A DNA stretch of 64,000 nt from Candidatus Latescibacterota bacterium (GCA_009694805.1 SICM01000003.1:10887-74886), one strand, 5' to 3'; numbered from the stretch's first letter, positions 10,018 through 20,711 are shown. Notes: generated by a model from the letters alone, not told the origin. A program made the numbers and translations.

Positions 10018-10887
10018 ATGAACCTCTCCTTCGCCTTTCGCGAGGCGCTCATCGGGCTGCGTCGGACGGGGTCTGTGGGCATCGTCTCGGCGGGAACCCT
10101 GATCGTCTCGCTCCTCCTGCTCGGCGCGTTTGTCCTCCTGACCGCCAATGTCTATGGCCTGCTCCGCTCCGTCCGGGAGCGCGTCGAGATCGCCGTCTAC
10201 CTCAAAGACGGGGTGTCGGACGAACGGGCGATGCAGTTGACACGGGATACCGCCCGCCTGCAGGGGGTGGAGCGAGCGACCTACGTGGACAAGGCCACGG
10301 CTGCGCAGGAGTTCCGGGAGGCGTTCGGCGGAGGGCTGCTGGAGGCCGTGTCGCACAACCCCCTGCCCGCCTCCATCCGGCTGCATCTGAGCCCGGACGT
10401 GGACCCCGCAGGGGTCGTGGAGGGCCTTTCGGTCCAGATCCAGAAATGGCCCGGGGTGGAGGAGGTGGACACGGGGCTGGCCTGGGTGTCACGACTCGAC
10501 CGGCTCTCGCGCATCGTGTTTGCGGTCAACGGCATCCTGGGGCTCGTCATCAGCCTGGCCTGCGCCTTCGCCATCTCCAACACCGTCCAGTTGACGGTGG
10601 TCGCGCGCCGGGAGGCCATCGAGGTGATGCGTCTGGTCGGGGCCACGGAGGGGTTCATCCGCCTGCCGTTTTTGATCACGGGCATGGTTCAGGGGGCGGC
10701 GGGGGGCGTGGTGGCCGCCCTCTTTCTGGTGGTGGGCTACATCTATGGCGTCCGCCTGTTCCCGGAGCTGCCCGTCCGCTCCGCGGCCTCGACCGGGGGC
10801 GGCCTCGTGGCGCTGGGGCTCGTGCTGGGGGCCCTGGCCAGTCTCTTCGCGGTCCGCCGCGTGCTGCGCACCCTGGCGTGGCGGTAG
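10018..10887 (+). CDS. ftsX: Cell division permease FtsX
   Basis: 4 TM segments, NPLPASI, ISNTVQL, IEVMRLVGAT, FIRLPF. Confidence 0.9.
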   Translation: MNLSFAFREALIGLRRTGSVGIVSAGTLIVSLLLLGAFVLLTANVYGLLRSVRERVEIAVYLKDGVSDERAMQLTRDTARLQGVERATYVDKATAAQEFREAFGGGLLEAVSHNPLPASIRLHLSPDVDPAGVVEGLSVQIQKWPGVEEVDTGLAWVSRLDRLSRIVFAVNGILGLVISLACAFAISNTVQLTVVARREAIEVMRLVGATEGFIRLPFLITGMVQGAAGGVVAALFLVVGYIYGVRLFPELPVRSAASTGGGLVALGLVLGALASLFAVRRVLRTLAWR

Positions 10888-10900
10888 AGGAGAGACAGGG

Positions 10901-10993
10901 AAATGCAAAGCGCAAAGTGTAGAATGCAAAGTGTAAAATGTAAACCCTGTCTTTTCATTTTGTGTTTTGCATTTTGCATTTTGCATTTTGCAC
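10901..10993. repeat. 7-nt periodic inverted arms (AATGCAA-type / TTTTGCA) overlapping the envC 5' end
   Basis: aaatgcaaagcgcaaagtgtagaatgcaaagtgtaaaatgtaaa ... ttttgcattttgcattttgcattttgca. Confidence 0.85.
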
Positions 10994-12153
10994 TCTGGTT
11001 TTTTCCCGTGCTTGCGGCGAACGCGCCCAGCAGGACCTCGGAAGAGGTGCGGACCTCCCTGGAACGGATCAAGCGGGAGGCGGAGGAGAACCGGAAGCGG
11101 TTGCGCCGGACAGAGGCGCGGGAGCGCAGCGTCGTGGCGCAGCTCGACTCTCTGGACCGGGAGATGGGGCTGGTCCGGTCCTACTTCAAGCAGCTCGACG
11201 CGGAGGCCCAGCGCCTCACGCAGGAGATGCGCGGGGCGGACACGGCGCTGGAGATGTCTGCGCAGCAGCTGGTGGACCGGCAGGCCGGTTTTGCCCGGAG
11301 GCTGCGGGACATCTACAAGCGGGGCCGCCGGCTTCAGGGCCTCCAGGCCCTGCTGTCGGCGGACTCCTTCACCGGGCTTCTCCGCCGGTCCCGTTATCTG
11401 GCCGCCGTGGCCCGGCAGGACCGGGAGGATTACGAGGCGATCCTGCGGGACCGGGACGCCATCGGGGCCACGCGGTCCAGGCTTTCGGCGCAGCAGGAGG
11501 CGTTCGAGGCCGTCCGGAGGGAGAGAGAGGCCCAGGTGAAGGCCCTGAGCGCCCAGGTGGAGGCCCGGAAGCGGCTGCTCGGGGAGGTGCGCAGGAGCGT
11601 CAAGACGTACAAGGCTGCCGAGACGCAATTCGCCCGCGAACGCGAGCGGAGCGAGGAGGCGCTTCGTCGGCTGATCGCGGAGGCAGAGGAGGGGCGCGCT
11701 CGCAGGCAGGAGGCGCGGGGTTCCGCATCCGCTCCGCAGACAGACGCCTTCTCCGGGTTGCGAGGGCGTCTGCGATGGCCCGTCCGGGGGGCGGTCGTGG
11801 GGCGCTTCGGGCGCATTCAGGACCCGACGCTGAAGACGTGGACCTTCAACCGGGGGATCGAGATCGAGGCCCTGGAGGGGACGCCGGTCCAGGCCGTGGC
11901 CGTCGGGCAGGTGGAGACGGTGGACTGGTTCCGGGGCTACGGGTGGTTTGCGATAGTGGGCCACGGGGGCGGCTACTACACCCTCTACGCCCATCTGAGC
12001 GAGGTCTCCGTGCGGGTCGGGGACCGGGTAGAGGCTGGAGAGCCGATCGCGCTGTCGGGGGACACGGGTACGCTCGACCAGCGGGCCACGCTCCATTTCG
12101 AAATCCTCAAAGGGAGCGATCCGGAAGACCCGTTGGCGTGGCTGGGGAGATAA
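10903..12153 (+). CDS. envC: Murein hydrolase activator EnvC (coiled coil + M23/LytM domain)
   Basis: Long coiled coil, LRWPVRG, degenerate NRGIEI, YAHL, LHFEI; follows ftsEX; start uncertain. Confidence 0.8.
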   Translation: MQSAKCRMQSVKCKPCLFILCFAFCILHFALWFFPVLAANAPSRTSEEVRTSLERIKREAEENRKRLRRTEARERSVVAQLDSLDREMGLVRSYFKQLDAEAQRLTQEMRGADTALEMSAQQLVDRQAGFARRLRDIYKRGRRLQGLQALLSADSFTGLLRRSRYLAAVARQDREDYEAILRDRDAIGATRSRLSAQQEAFEAVRREREAQVKALSAQVEARKRLLGEVRRSVKTYKAAETQFARERERSEEALRRLIAEAEEGRARRQEARGSASAPQTDAFSGLRGRLRWPVRGAVVGRFGRIQDPTLKTWTFNRGIEIEALEGTPVQAVAVGQVETVDWFRGYGWFAIVGHGGGYYTLYAHLSEVSVRVGDRVEAGEPIALSGDTGTLDQRATLHFEILKGSDPEDPLAWLGR

Positions 12154-12175
12154 GGCATCAGAGAAGGGGAGGGAA

Positions 12176-14400
12176 GTGACCGAGATCCGAGGACAGATTT
12201 ACCGGAAACTCCACAAGACCTACGCCGTCCGGGACTTTGACAATCGGGATGTCTGGGCGGGAAACATGTCCATTGAGGTGGATGGGATTCTTTATGGGCC
12301 GACCATGGCCCGGGCCTTTCTGGGGCCTCATCGACCGCAGGTGGAGGCGCGTGTTCGGGCTGAACTCTACCTGCGGGACGTAGACTTCACGGCGGTCCGT
12401 TCGGGGGATATCGACGCGCATCTCTGGACGGACATCAATGATCGCGGGTTCGTCGACCGGCGGGGGATGCATCACAACGCCCTGGGGCGGCATCTGCCCA
12501 TGCATCTGTTGGTGGATGAAAGGGGGCGTCCACGGCTTTCGGGGAACAACCTGGTTTTCGAGTCGGGCGCGATGCCGGTCGAACAGACAGGGGTGTTCCA
12601 TTACGCGGTGGCGTTTTCAGCAGACGCCAGGTCCTCCTCCGATCCGTCCAAGTCGTGGGTCCCCCTCAACGACATCGCCTTCAACCGGGACGGGGTGATC
12701 GTGGTCAGCCCCGAAGGGGTTCAGAGGTGCCCCTCCGTGACCGAGGTCTGCGCGCGAAAGGTGGGGGCGAGGGCGCAGGGGGAGACGTTCGTGAGCGGGA
12801 CCTTCCGGGGAATGACCCGTCTTCTGGAGACGATCCCGACGGACGTGGTCTACCTGCTGCCCTTCTTTGAAACGGGGTTCGGAGACCTCTTCACGGGGGA
12901 GGACGTGCGCAAGGGGACGCTGGGGAGTGTGTACGCGGTGCGGGACTTTTTCAGGATCGCCTCCCAGCTCGTCACCCCGCCCGAGGAGGCGGACCTCCTC
13001 CAGCTCGTGTCGGAGGGCCTGATCCAGAATTTCGACCTGCGCGACCTGCTGGACGGGCGTCAGTTGGCCCGCCTGCGAGGGGTGGAGGACTTCAACCATT
13101 TCCGGACCTTCACGGAACTGGCGGACTGGGTGGGACACGACCGGCTGACCCAGCTCGTGGGGCGCGCGGAACTCCGGGCGCTGACCCGGCGGGCGCACGC
13201 ATTGGGCAAGCGGGTCATCTTCGACCTGGTGCTGATGCAGACCAGTCGGGACTGCCCCCTGATCGAGCAGCACCCGGAGTGGTATGTGCTGGACGAGATG
13301 GGCCGGCCCAGGATTCATCGGATCGCCTGGCTGGTCTACTCCGACGTGGCCCTTCTGGACCTCCCCTTCAACAAGCCCCTTCAGAACTACCTTTCGGCGG
13401 TGGCGCCCTTCTGGATCGAGGCGTGCGACCTGGACGGGGTGCGGATCGACGCGAGTCAGACCGTGGACCGGCCCTTTCTGAAGCAGATCAAGAACCGGAT
13501 CAACGAGGTGAAGCCGGACGCGATTGTGCTGGGGGAGACGCTGTGCGACCCGCAGGAGGCGGTGGACGTTCCGACCGACATGATTTACGCGCTGCTGGCC
13601 GATTTTCACCGGGATACCGAGCACGCCCGCCCGTATGTCGAGTTTCTGGAGCGGATGTGCGGGACGTTTGCGCCCCGCACGGTGGCCCTGGGCTACTTCG
13701 AGAATCACGACAGCCCGCGCGCGACCCGGACCTGGCGGGAGCGGTTTGCGAGGCTGCTGGGGGAGGAGGCCGAGCTGGCGCGGGCGTGGGGGGAGCGGGT
13801 GGGGGGGCACGACCCGGCGCTCGTCATGGCCCTGCTCAGGAACATCCAGGCGACGCTGATCGATGCGACGGCGGGGACGGCCCTGAACGTGAATCTGGCC
13901 TATGGCCTGGAGTTCGGAACGGCCTGGGGGGGGAGGCACTCACCGATTTTGAGAACCCGACGCTGTATCGCTCCGAGCGGGCCGGGAGTCCGCCCCATGC
14001 CTGTCTCACGCGCGCCTACGAGGCGCTGCACCGTCTCCGGGAGGGGCTTCCGGAGGTGTGGAAAGGGCACATCTATTTTCACCGGAACGAATTCGTGGGA
14101 GGGGACCCCGAAGACCGGGTGCTGGCCTACACCCGCTACACGCCCGATTCGGGCCTGCTGGCGGCCCACAACCTCGACCCGTGCCGGGCGCGCAGGGTGA
14201 CCTGCCGGCTGGACGATCTGGAAGGCCTGGCGTGGAGGCCGGTGGAAGGGGAGACGCTTTTCGACACCTATCCCTTCTTCTTCGAGAAGGAGCGGTCCGG
14301 GGGGGCCGTGGTGGAGGGGGGAGCGGTCAGCGTCTCCCTTGGGCCACTGCAGAGCCTCCTCTTCAGGCTGCGGGGTGGATGCCGCTCCACGGGGGTGTGA
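12176..14400 (+). CDS. Alpha-amylase family (GH13) glycosidase with unusual N-terminal domain; frameshifted at ~13930
   Basis: GSVYAVRDF, VIFDLV, DGVRIDAS (nucleophile), LGET (acid/base), FENHD; C-terminal beta domain (VLAYTR, AAHNLDP) lies in ORF ending 14400, after a G8 run at 13926-13933. Confidence 0.75.
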
Positions 14401-14414
14401 AAGGAGGCTATGAT

Positions 14415-16751
14415 GTGATGAGATGGTTTGTGATGCTCCTGGCGCTGGCTGCGGTGTCCGAGGGGGCTGCGGAGACTCCCCGGCAGGTCACCCTGGACAG
14501 TCTCGAAAACGTGGATGCGCGGCTGAAGAAGGGGGGCCAGGCGGGCGACTACACGACCCTGGGGGAGGCCTGCGCCCGCGCCGGGGACCTGGGCAGGGCG
14601 ACGAACGCCTATGAGAAGGCGGTGGATCTGGATGGGAAAGACCTTCAGGTCCGGTATGCCCTGGGTCGCCTCTATTTCAGGAGGGCGATGGGGAAGGGGG
14701 TGAAGGCCATTGAGTTTCGCCGGAAGGCGATGCTCACGGCCCGCCGGATTCAGGAGATCGATCCTTCCTGTCCGCTGACCTATTTTCTGCTGGGGCTCTG
14801 CTACGAGTGGCTGGAGAACGATTCCGAACAGGCCCTGAAGTACTACGAGCGATACGTCGGCCTGCGGCCAGACGACCCGGAGGGCCTGCTGGGGATCGGG
14901 AGGGCTTGTCTGGACCTCCGGCAGTTCAAGAAGATCGAGGAGACTCTGACCCCCTATTGTGAGCAGCATCCGGAGGATGTGCGCCTCCTGCCGGTATTGG
15001 CGCAGGTGGACCTCCTGCTCGGCAGGTCGGAGCAGGCATTTGCCCGCTTCAACCGCTACCTGGAGACCCTCGACCCGGCGGAGCGGGCCCTGTACGAGGA
15101 CATCCGGCCCATCGCTTCGGCATCGGAGGCGGAGGCGTTTGCGGCGCTGGCTCCGGAGGAACGTCCGGCGTCTCTGAAGCGGTTCTGGGCGAAGCGGGAT
15201 GTTGACATCCTGACGGACGTGAGTGAGGGGCAGGTCGAGCACTACCGCCGGGTCTGGTACGCGCGCACCTACTTCGGGCGCCTGGTTCAGCCGTGGGACC
15301 GTCGGGGGGAGGTCTACATCCGGTACGGAGAGCCGGACTCGCGGTCGCGCGCCGGACACATCGACGTCATCCAGGGCGAGGGGGTGCAGCGGGTGAAGGA
15401 GCGGATGGCGCAGTCGCTCTACGGGACGGTCTCGCAGGACGTGACCTACGTGGGGCCGGTGTTCCCGATCCGGAGCCGCTATAACGGGGAGTCGACCCTG
15501 GCGGCCCCGCTGGACAAGGTGATCATGGACCCGGGCAGCGTGGTGCCCCGCATCGAGGACGTGGAGAACAATCAGAACAATGAGCTCGGCACCCTCCTGC
15601 AGGGGGCGGCCAACGAGGCGCTGCCGACGCAACTGCCCACGTTCAGCAGCCTCACCTATGCGCCCGTGACCACGGGCGGGGACCACAGCCTGGTGCTGTG
15701 GGAGTCGTGGATCTACCTGAACGTCAGCGGCGGCATTGAGGTCACGTTCACGGACGAGCTGAACAGCGGGGTCTACGACTACGCCCCGATCCCGGCGGTG
15801 GACTTCAAGGAGGAGCGGGCGATCGCCAGGTTGAGCAAGCTCACCGCCTACGCGCCGAAGGCCGTGGTGGACCGGGCGGCCTCGGAGACGCCGGCCGTCT
15901 ACCGCGTGAAGCGGGAGGGGGAGGAGCTGGGGTTCTACTACGACACGGCGGACTACCGGGGCGCAGACGGAAAGACCCGCGTGGAGATCGCCTACGGGCT
16001 TCCCACGAAGGAGATGGGGGTTCTGGACGAGGGGGACACGCTGACGGTGGCCGTGGAGCGGGCCGTGGCCCTGGCCACGAAGGACCGGTCCCAGGTCTAC
16101 CGGGTGCACGACGGGACGGCGCTGACGGGACGAGGGGGGTTCCTGAAGCAGAGGGGGGAGTTCATCCCGGACCTGATCCGGCTGGAGGTGCCGCCGGGGG
16201 ACTACGAACTCGCGGTGCAGATCGTGGACCGGGTATCGGGGCGCACCGGGCTTTACAAGCAGGACCTGAAAGTCAAGCCCTACGGCGGGGAGGGCCTGCA
16301 GATCAGCGACGTGGCCCTGGCCTTCGCGGTGCTGGACCAGCCAGCGGGCGATCATTTCCGGAAGGGGGACGTGTGGGTGCTGCCGATGCCGACCCGGGCC
16401 TACGGGGCGGGGCAGAACGCGGCGGCTTACTACGAGGTCTACAACCTGCAGAAGGACGCCCAGGGTCACACCCGGTACAGGGTGGAATACAGCGTCCGGT
16501 CCGACGTGGACGAGGCGGGGGGGGACCCGATCTCCAGGGCCATCGTGAGTGTCAAGAAGCTCATGCGGAGCCGCAAGCCCCAGGTGTCGGTCACGTACGA
16601 CCGCGCCGGAAGCGCCTCGTCCGACGCGGGCTATCTCACCCTGGACCTGAAGAAGGTCAAGTCGGGCCGGAATCTCCTGAGGGTGTCGGTCACGGACCTG
16701 ATCGGCGGCCAGTCCACGGAGCGGGAGGTGGCGTTCCGGTACGGGAAGTGA
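14415..16751 (+). CDS. Secreted TPR + GWxTD-like domain protein
   Basis: AAGGAGG RBS, signal peptide, TPRs, FWAKRD, EHYRRVWYA, PWDRRGEVYIRYGEPD, C-terminal Ig-like domains (PPGDYEL, LQISD, YYEVYNL). Confidence 0.8.
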   Translation: MMRWFVMLLALAAVSEGAAETPRQVTLDSLENVDARLKKGGQAGDYTTLGEACARAGDLGRATNAYEKAVDLDGKDLQVRYALGRLYFRRAMGKGVKAIEFRRKAMLTARRIQEIDPSCPLTYFLLGLCYEWLENDSEQALKYYERYVGLRPDDPEGLLGIGRACLDLRQFKKIEETLTPYCEQHPEDVRLLPVLAQVDLLLGRSEQAFARFNRYLETLDPAERALYEDIRPIASASEAEAFAALAPEERPASLKRFWAKRDVDILTDVSEGQVEHYRRVWYARTYFGRLVQPWDRRGEVYIRYGEPDSRSRAGHIDVIQGEGVQRVKERMAQSLYGTVSQDVTYVGPVFPIRSRYNGESTLAAPLDKVIMDPGSVVPRIEDVENNQNNELGTLLQGAANEALPTQLPTFSSLTYAPVTTGGDHSLVLWESWIYLNVSGGIEVTFTDELNSGVYDYAPIPAVDFKEERAIARLSKLTAYAPKAVVDRAASETPAVYRVKREGEELGFYYDTADYRGADGKTRVEIAYGLPTKEMGVLDEGDTLTVAVERAVALATKDRSQVYRVHDGTALTGRGGFLKQRGEFIPDLIRLEVPPGDYELAVQIVDRVSGRTGLYKQDLKVKPYGGEGLQISDVALAFAVLDQPAGDHFRKGDVWVLPMPTRAYGAGQNAAAYYEVYNLQKDAQGHTRYRVEYSVRSDVDEAGGDPISRAIVSVKKLMRSRKPQVSVTYDRAGSASSDAGYLTLDLKKVKSGRNLLRVSVTDLIGGQSTEREVAFRYGK

Positions 16752-16761
16752 AACGACAATT

Positions 16762-16841
16762 CCTCGATACGCCCCTTTGGGACTACTCGGAATAGACGGA
16801 ACCGTACGCCCCGAGTAGCGAACCAAGTGAGCGTATCGAGG
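16762..16841. repeat. REP-doublet-like palindrome (CCTCGATACG..CTACTCGG / CCGAGTAG..CGTATCGAGG), copy 1
   Basis: Inverted pair of half-units; homologous to 45591-45673. Confidence 0.8.
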
Positions 16842-16871
16842 GGCAAACGGCAAACGTAAAACGGAGAGACG

Positions 16872-19643
16872 GTGAACCGGGGAAAGTGGACCCTGTGGTT
16901 ATTCCGCGTGGCGGCCGTGGTGCTCCTCCCTTTGCTGTCCTTCGGTGCGCTGGAGTTGGGGTTGAGGATTTTCGGATATGGGAATCCTGCTGACTTTTTC
17001 GTCAAGATCAAAGGGCGTGACGCCTATACGATCAACCCGCAATTCGGCTGGCGCTTTTTCCCTCCGGAGATCGCCAGAAGGCCCGAGCCCTGCAGCCTGC
17101 CGGCCCGGAAGGACGCCCATACGTTTCGCATCTTTGTGCTGGGGGAATCCGCTGCCATGGGGATCCCTGAGCCGGCGTTCGGCTTCGGGCGAATCCTGGA
17201 GGTGATGCTTCGAAACCGGTATCCCGGCATCCGGTTTGAGGTGGTCAACGCGGCCATGACGGCCATCAACTCCCACGTCATCCTTCCGATTGCCCGGGAC
17301 TGCGCGGGGCGAGACGGCGACCTGTTCATCCTGTATGCGGGCAACAACGAGGTGGTGGGGCCCTATGGCGCGGGGACCGTCTTCCAGGCTTATTCGCCCA
17401 GCCTGTCGCTGATCAGGGCCGGGGTCTGGGCGAAATCGACCCGGATCGGGCAATGGGTTGAAAATCTGATGCGATGGTCCGTCAGACGGGATCAGGGTTT
17501 TACGGAGTGGCAGGGGATGGGGATGTTTCTCCACCACCAGGTTCCGGCCGATGACCCGCGCCTGGAGAAGATCTACCAGCACTTTCAAAAGAATCTGACC
17601 GATATCTGCGAGGTCGCCAGGGGCAGGGGGGGACAGGTCATCGTCTGCACGGTGGCGACGAACCTGAAGGACAGCGCGCCGTTTGCCTCGGCGCATCGGC
17701 CTGCCCTGACCCCATCCGACATGGCGGAATGGGAAAGGCTCTACAGGAGCGGGATTGCGCTGGCCGAATCGGGCCAGCACGCCCGTGCGATTGAGGCATT
17801 CCTCAAGGCAGTTCCCTTTGATGACCGGTTCGCGGATCTCCCCTTTCGCCTGGCCCGGAGCTATCTGGCGATGGGCCTGTTCGAGGAGGCCCGCGCACAT
17901 TTCATCCAGGCCCGCGACCTGGACGCCCTCCGGTTCCGGGCGGACACCCGGATCAACGAGATCATCCGTCAGGTGGCAGGCCAAAGGGAGGTCCAGGGGA
18001 TTTTTCTGATCGACGCAGCGCGCGCGTTTGATCTGAATGGGGAGACGCCCATCCCGGGCCAGGAGCTGTTCTACGAGCACGTGCATCTGAACTTCGACGG
18101 GAACACCCTGCTCGCCAGGACGATTTTTGAGCGGGTGAGCCAAATCCTTCAGGCGAAGTTCGGGGACCGGGTTCAGGCTCCGGCCACTCCGCCGTCTAAG
18201 GACCTTTGCCAGGAGCTGTTGGCGCTGACGGACTGGAACCAGTACCGGATGCAGGCCCAGATGGCGGAGATGATGGAACACCCCCCGTTCACCCATCAGC
18301 TCGACACCGAACGGGACCGCCTTCAAAGGTATGGGGCGCTGAAGGCGTTTCGTTTGAAACGTGTCTTTCCGGCCGCTCTCCAGAAGGCCCAGGCCCAGCA
18401 GGTCTACCTCAAGGCCGTGGAACGGGACCCGGAGGACCTGAGTTTCCGGCAGGGGTTCATCCATCTTTTGCAGGAACGCCGGGACTATGCCGCTGCCGCC
18501 GCGCAATGTCGCACGTTGCTGGAGAGGATACCGGATAATCCGTGGTTCCACGGAGGGCTGGGAGATATTCTAAGCCTTCAGGGGAAGGCCGACGAGGCGG
18601 TGGCGCAGTACCGGGAGATGCAGCGCCTCTTACCGGGGCTGGCTGCGCCCCACCTCCAGGTCGGGATGACGCTGGCCAAACAGGGTAAGTTCTCCGAGGC
18701 AGTTGCCGAGTTGAACCGGGCGCTGGAGATCGACCCTGGATCGGAGACCGTGCGGACCCCTCTTACCGAACTCCTCGAAACCCAGGGCAGGCCGGAGGAG
18801 GCCAGAGCGGTCCTCACGTCCGGGCTTGAGAGGGCTCGCCAGCATCAGGACAGGCGCTCTGAAGGCATCTTTCTGGGCAGGCTGGGAAGGGTCTACCACA
18901 GGCAGGAAAAACCGGATGAGGCCCTGAAGTATTACCGGCGCGCGCTGGAGGCCGACCGGGAAGCTCAAAATTACCCCGGGGAGGCGGGTGTCCTCAACGA
19001 TGCCGGGGATGCTTACCTGGCCATGGGGGATTTTTCGGAGGCGCTGAAGTCTTACGAGGCCGGGCTTAAAATCTATGGAGAGATGGACGATCTCTCCGGG
19101 CAGGCCAGCGCCTTTTCGGGAATCGGGAGTGTCTTGCTCAGACGCGGGGGCGGGGGGGGAGACCTGGAAGGGGCGTTGAGGGCTTTCAAGGAGGCCCTTG
19201 AGAATCAGCGCGAGATGGACGACCTTCCGGGGCAGGCCAGCAGTCTGGGCAACATCGGAGACGTGTACTTCCAGAAAGAGGATTGGGAGCAGGCGCTGGC
19301 CTCTTACGGAGAAGGCCTCCAGATACGGAGAGGGCTGGGGGACCTCGCCGGTCAGGCCTTCACATTGAGTTTCATGGGCAACGTCTACATCCGGAAAAAG
19401 GGGCTGGATGAGGCCCTGAACGCCCACGCGCAGGCGCTTGAGATTTACAAGAAGATCGGGGATCTTCCGGGCCAGGCCAATGCCCTCTCCAACATCGGTC
19501 TGTGTTATGCCAAACAGGGGAGGGTGCGTGAGGCGTTCGATCTGCTGAATCAGGCTCGATCCATTTATCTCAAGATGGGGGACAGGGGGGCTGAGTTGCA
19601 GGGGGTGGAGGAGATGATGGGGAGGCTGCAGGGGGGACAGTGA
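16872..19643 (+). CDS. Membrane-anchored SGNH-like + tetratricopeptide repeat protein
   Basis: N-terminal TM, RIFVLGESAAMG, YAGNNEVVG, FYEHVHLN; many TPR units. Confidence 0.8.
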   Translation: MNRGKWTLWLFRVAAVVLLPLLSFGALELGLRIFGYGNPADFFVKIKGRDAYTINPQFGWRFFPPEIARRPEPCSLPARKDAHTFRIFVLGESAAMGIPEPAFGFGRILEVMLRNRYPGIRFEVVNAAMTAINSHVILPIARDCAGRDGDLFILYAGNNEVVGPYGAGTVFQAYSPSLSLIRAGVWAKSTRIGQWVENLMRWSVRRDQGFTEWQGMGMFLHHQVPADDPRLEKIYQHFQKNLTDICEVARGRGGQVIVCTVATNLKDSAPFASAHRPALTPSDMAEWERLYRSGIALAESGQHARAIEAFLKAVPFDDRFADLPFRLARSYLAMGLFEEARAHFIQARDLDALRFRADTRINEIIRQVAGQREVQGIFLIDAARAFDLNGETPIPGQELFYEHVHLNFDGNTLLARTIFERVSQILQAKFGDRVQAPATPPSKDLCQELLALTDWNQYRMQAQMAEMMEHPPFTHQLDTERDRLQRYGALKAFRLKRVFPAALQKAQAQQVYLKAVERDPEDLSFRQGFIHLLQERRDYAAAAAQCRTLLERIPDNPWFHGGLGDILSLQGKADEAVAQYREMQRLLPGLAAPHLQVGMTLAKQGKFSEAVAELNRALEIDPGSETVRTPLTELLETQGRPEEARAVLTSGLERARQHQDRRSEGIFLGRLGRVYHRQEKPDEALKYYRRALEADREAQNYPGEAGVLNDAGDAYLAMGDFSEALKSYEAGLKIYGEMDDLSGQASAFSGIGSVLLRRGGGGGDLEGALRAFKEALENQREMDDLPGQASSLGNIGDVYFQKEDWEQALASYGEGLQIRRGLGDLAGQAFTLSFMGNVYIRKKGLDEALNAHAQALEIYKKIGDLPGQANALSNIGLCYAKQGRVREAFDLLNQARSIYLKMGDRGAELQGVEEMMGRLQGGQ

Positions 19644-19690
19644 GATGAAGAAAGAATCGCGCTCGCTCAGAGGTCTTTCTTGCCGGCGTT

Positions 19691-19866
19691 CCCACTTTTC
19701 TTGCTCGTGCAAGAAAAGTGGGCAAAAGAAGCACGCCCGCTCAGACGCCGCGGGGGGCTTTGGCGCGCCGCAACCTTGACGTTCAGTTGTCGCACCGAAA
19801 TGGGTGCCCCCGGAAAGTGGGTTGCTTCTGCTGGACTCCGGTAGTGGGGGGTTCTGGCGGCGCGCC
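19691..19866. repeat. Dispersed structured element, copy 2
   Basis: CCCACTTTTCTTG-CTCGTG-CAAGAAAAGTGGG-CAAAAGAA-GCACG ... GGCGCGCCGC ... GCGGCGCGCC. Confidence 0.85.
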
Positions 19867-19940
19867 GCGAGTCTTTTTGACTGGGCTGTTCCCTTTATCG
19901 CCGTTTCTCTGCTTCTCCCTGTTCTTGAGAGGGTCCCCAT

Positions 19941-20711
19941 ATGCGAGTCGATTTTCAGACGTTTCTGCCCGGGCAGTTTGACGGGAAACCCTTCGGGCCG
20001 GAGGATCTGACGGCGCTGGCGGACGAGGCGGGGGTCGAGCGGTTCGTGGTGATGCCGGAGACTGCCGAGCGCCCGGACAATGCGGGCCTGGCCGCACGGA
20101 TCAAGGGGGAGCAGAGGATGGTCGGCTGCGCGTCGGTGAACCCGACGCGGGGGGAGGAGGCCGTCCGGGAGTTCGAGGCGGCGGTGAAGTCGTTCGGGTT
20201 CCGGGGGCTGCGCCTGTCCCCCTTCACGCACGGCTACTCCATTGACGGGGAGGTCGCCCGCCCCGCGCTGGAGAAGGCCGGGGAACTGGGCGTCCCGGTC
20301 ACGATGGAGAGCTGCTCGGAGGGGTGCTGGCCGTCGCAGGTCGCCCGGGTGGCGGAACAGTTTCCGGGGGTGACGATCATCGCGGACGTGGGCTTTCGCC
20401 CGCTGGCCCCTCCCGTGAGTCTGGGGCTGGCAGCGCCGCGAGAGGGGCGGATCGCGGACGTGGCGCTGGAGCGTCCCAATGTCTATCTGGGACTGACCGC
20501 GCTGGGGGCGGCGGAGACCTACCTGATCAAGCGCCTCCTGGGGGCTGTGGGGACGGATAAGTTCATCTTCGGGTCGAATGCCCCGTCGGGTATCCCCCTG
20601 TTCGCCATCGGCGGGTTCCAGCGGGCAGGGCTGGGGGAACAGGCGGAGGCGATGATCTTCGGCGAGACGCTCCGAAGGATATACAGGCTGGAGAGGGGGG
20701 ACCGGTCATGA
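19941..20711 (+). CDS. Amidohydrolase_2-fold protein, metal ligands degenerate
   Basis: GFRGLRL, LGVPV, PNVYL, FIFGSNAP, IFGETLRRIY. Confidence 0.75.
   Translation: MRVDFQTFLPGQFDGKPFGPEDLTALADEAGVERFVVMPETAERPDNAGLAARIKGEQRMVGCASVNPTRGEEAVREFEAAVKSFGFRGLRLSPFTHGYSIDGEVARPALEKAGELGVPVTMESCSEGCWPSQVARVAEQFPGVTIIADVGFRPLAPPVSLGLAAPREGRIADVALERPNVYLGLTALGAAETYLIKRLLGAVGTDKFIFGSNAPSGIPLFAIGGFQRAGLGEQAEAMIFGETLRRIYRLERGDRS

Noticed and set aside
2703-13940. Programmed ribosomal frameshifting in the LamG, Ldh_2 or GH13 genes
   Set aside because: Breaks lie in short G/C homopolymers inside conserved domains with no obvious stimulatory structure; sequencing error is simpler
19142-19160. G-rich run in the TPR gene (RRGGGGGD) as a phase-variation tract
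   Set aside because: The run is interrupted and the frame is intact
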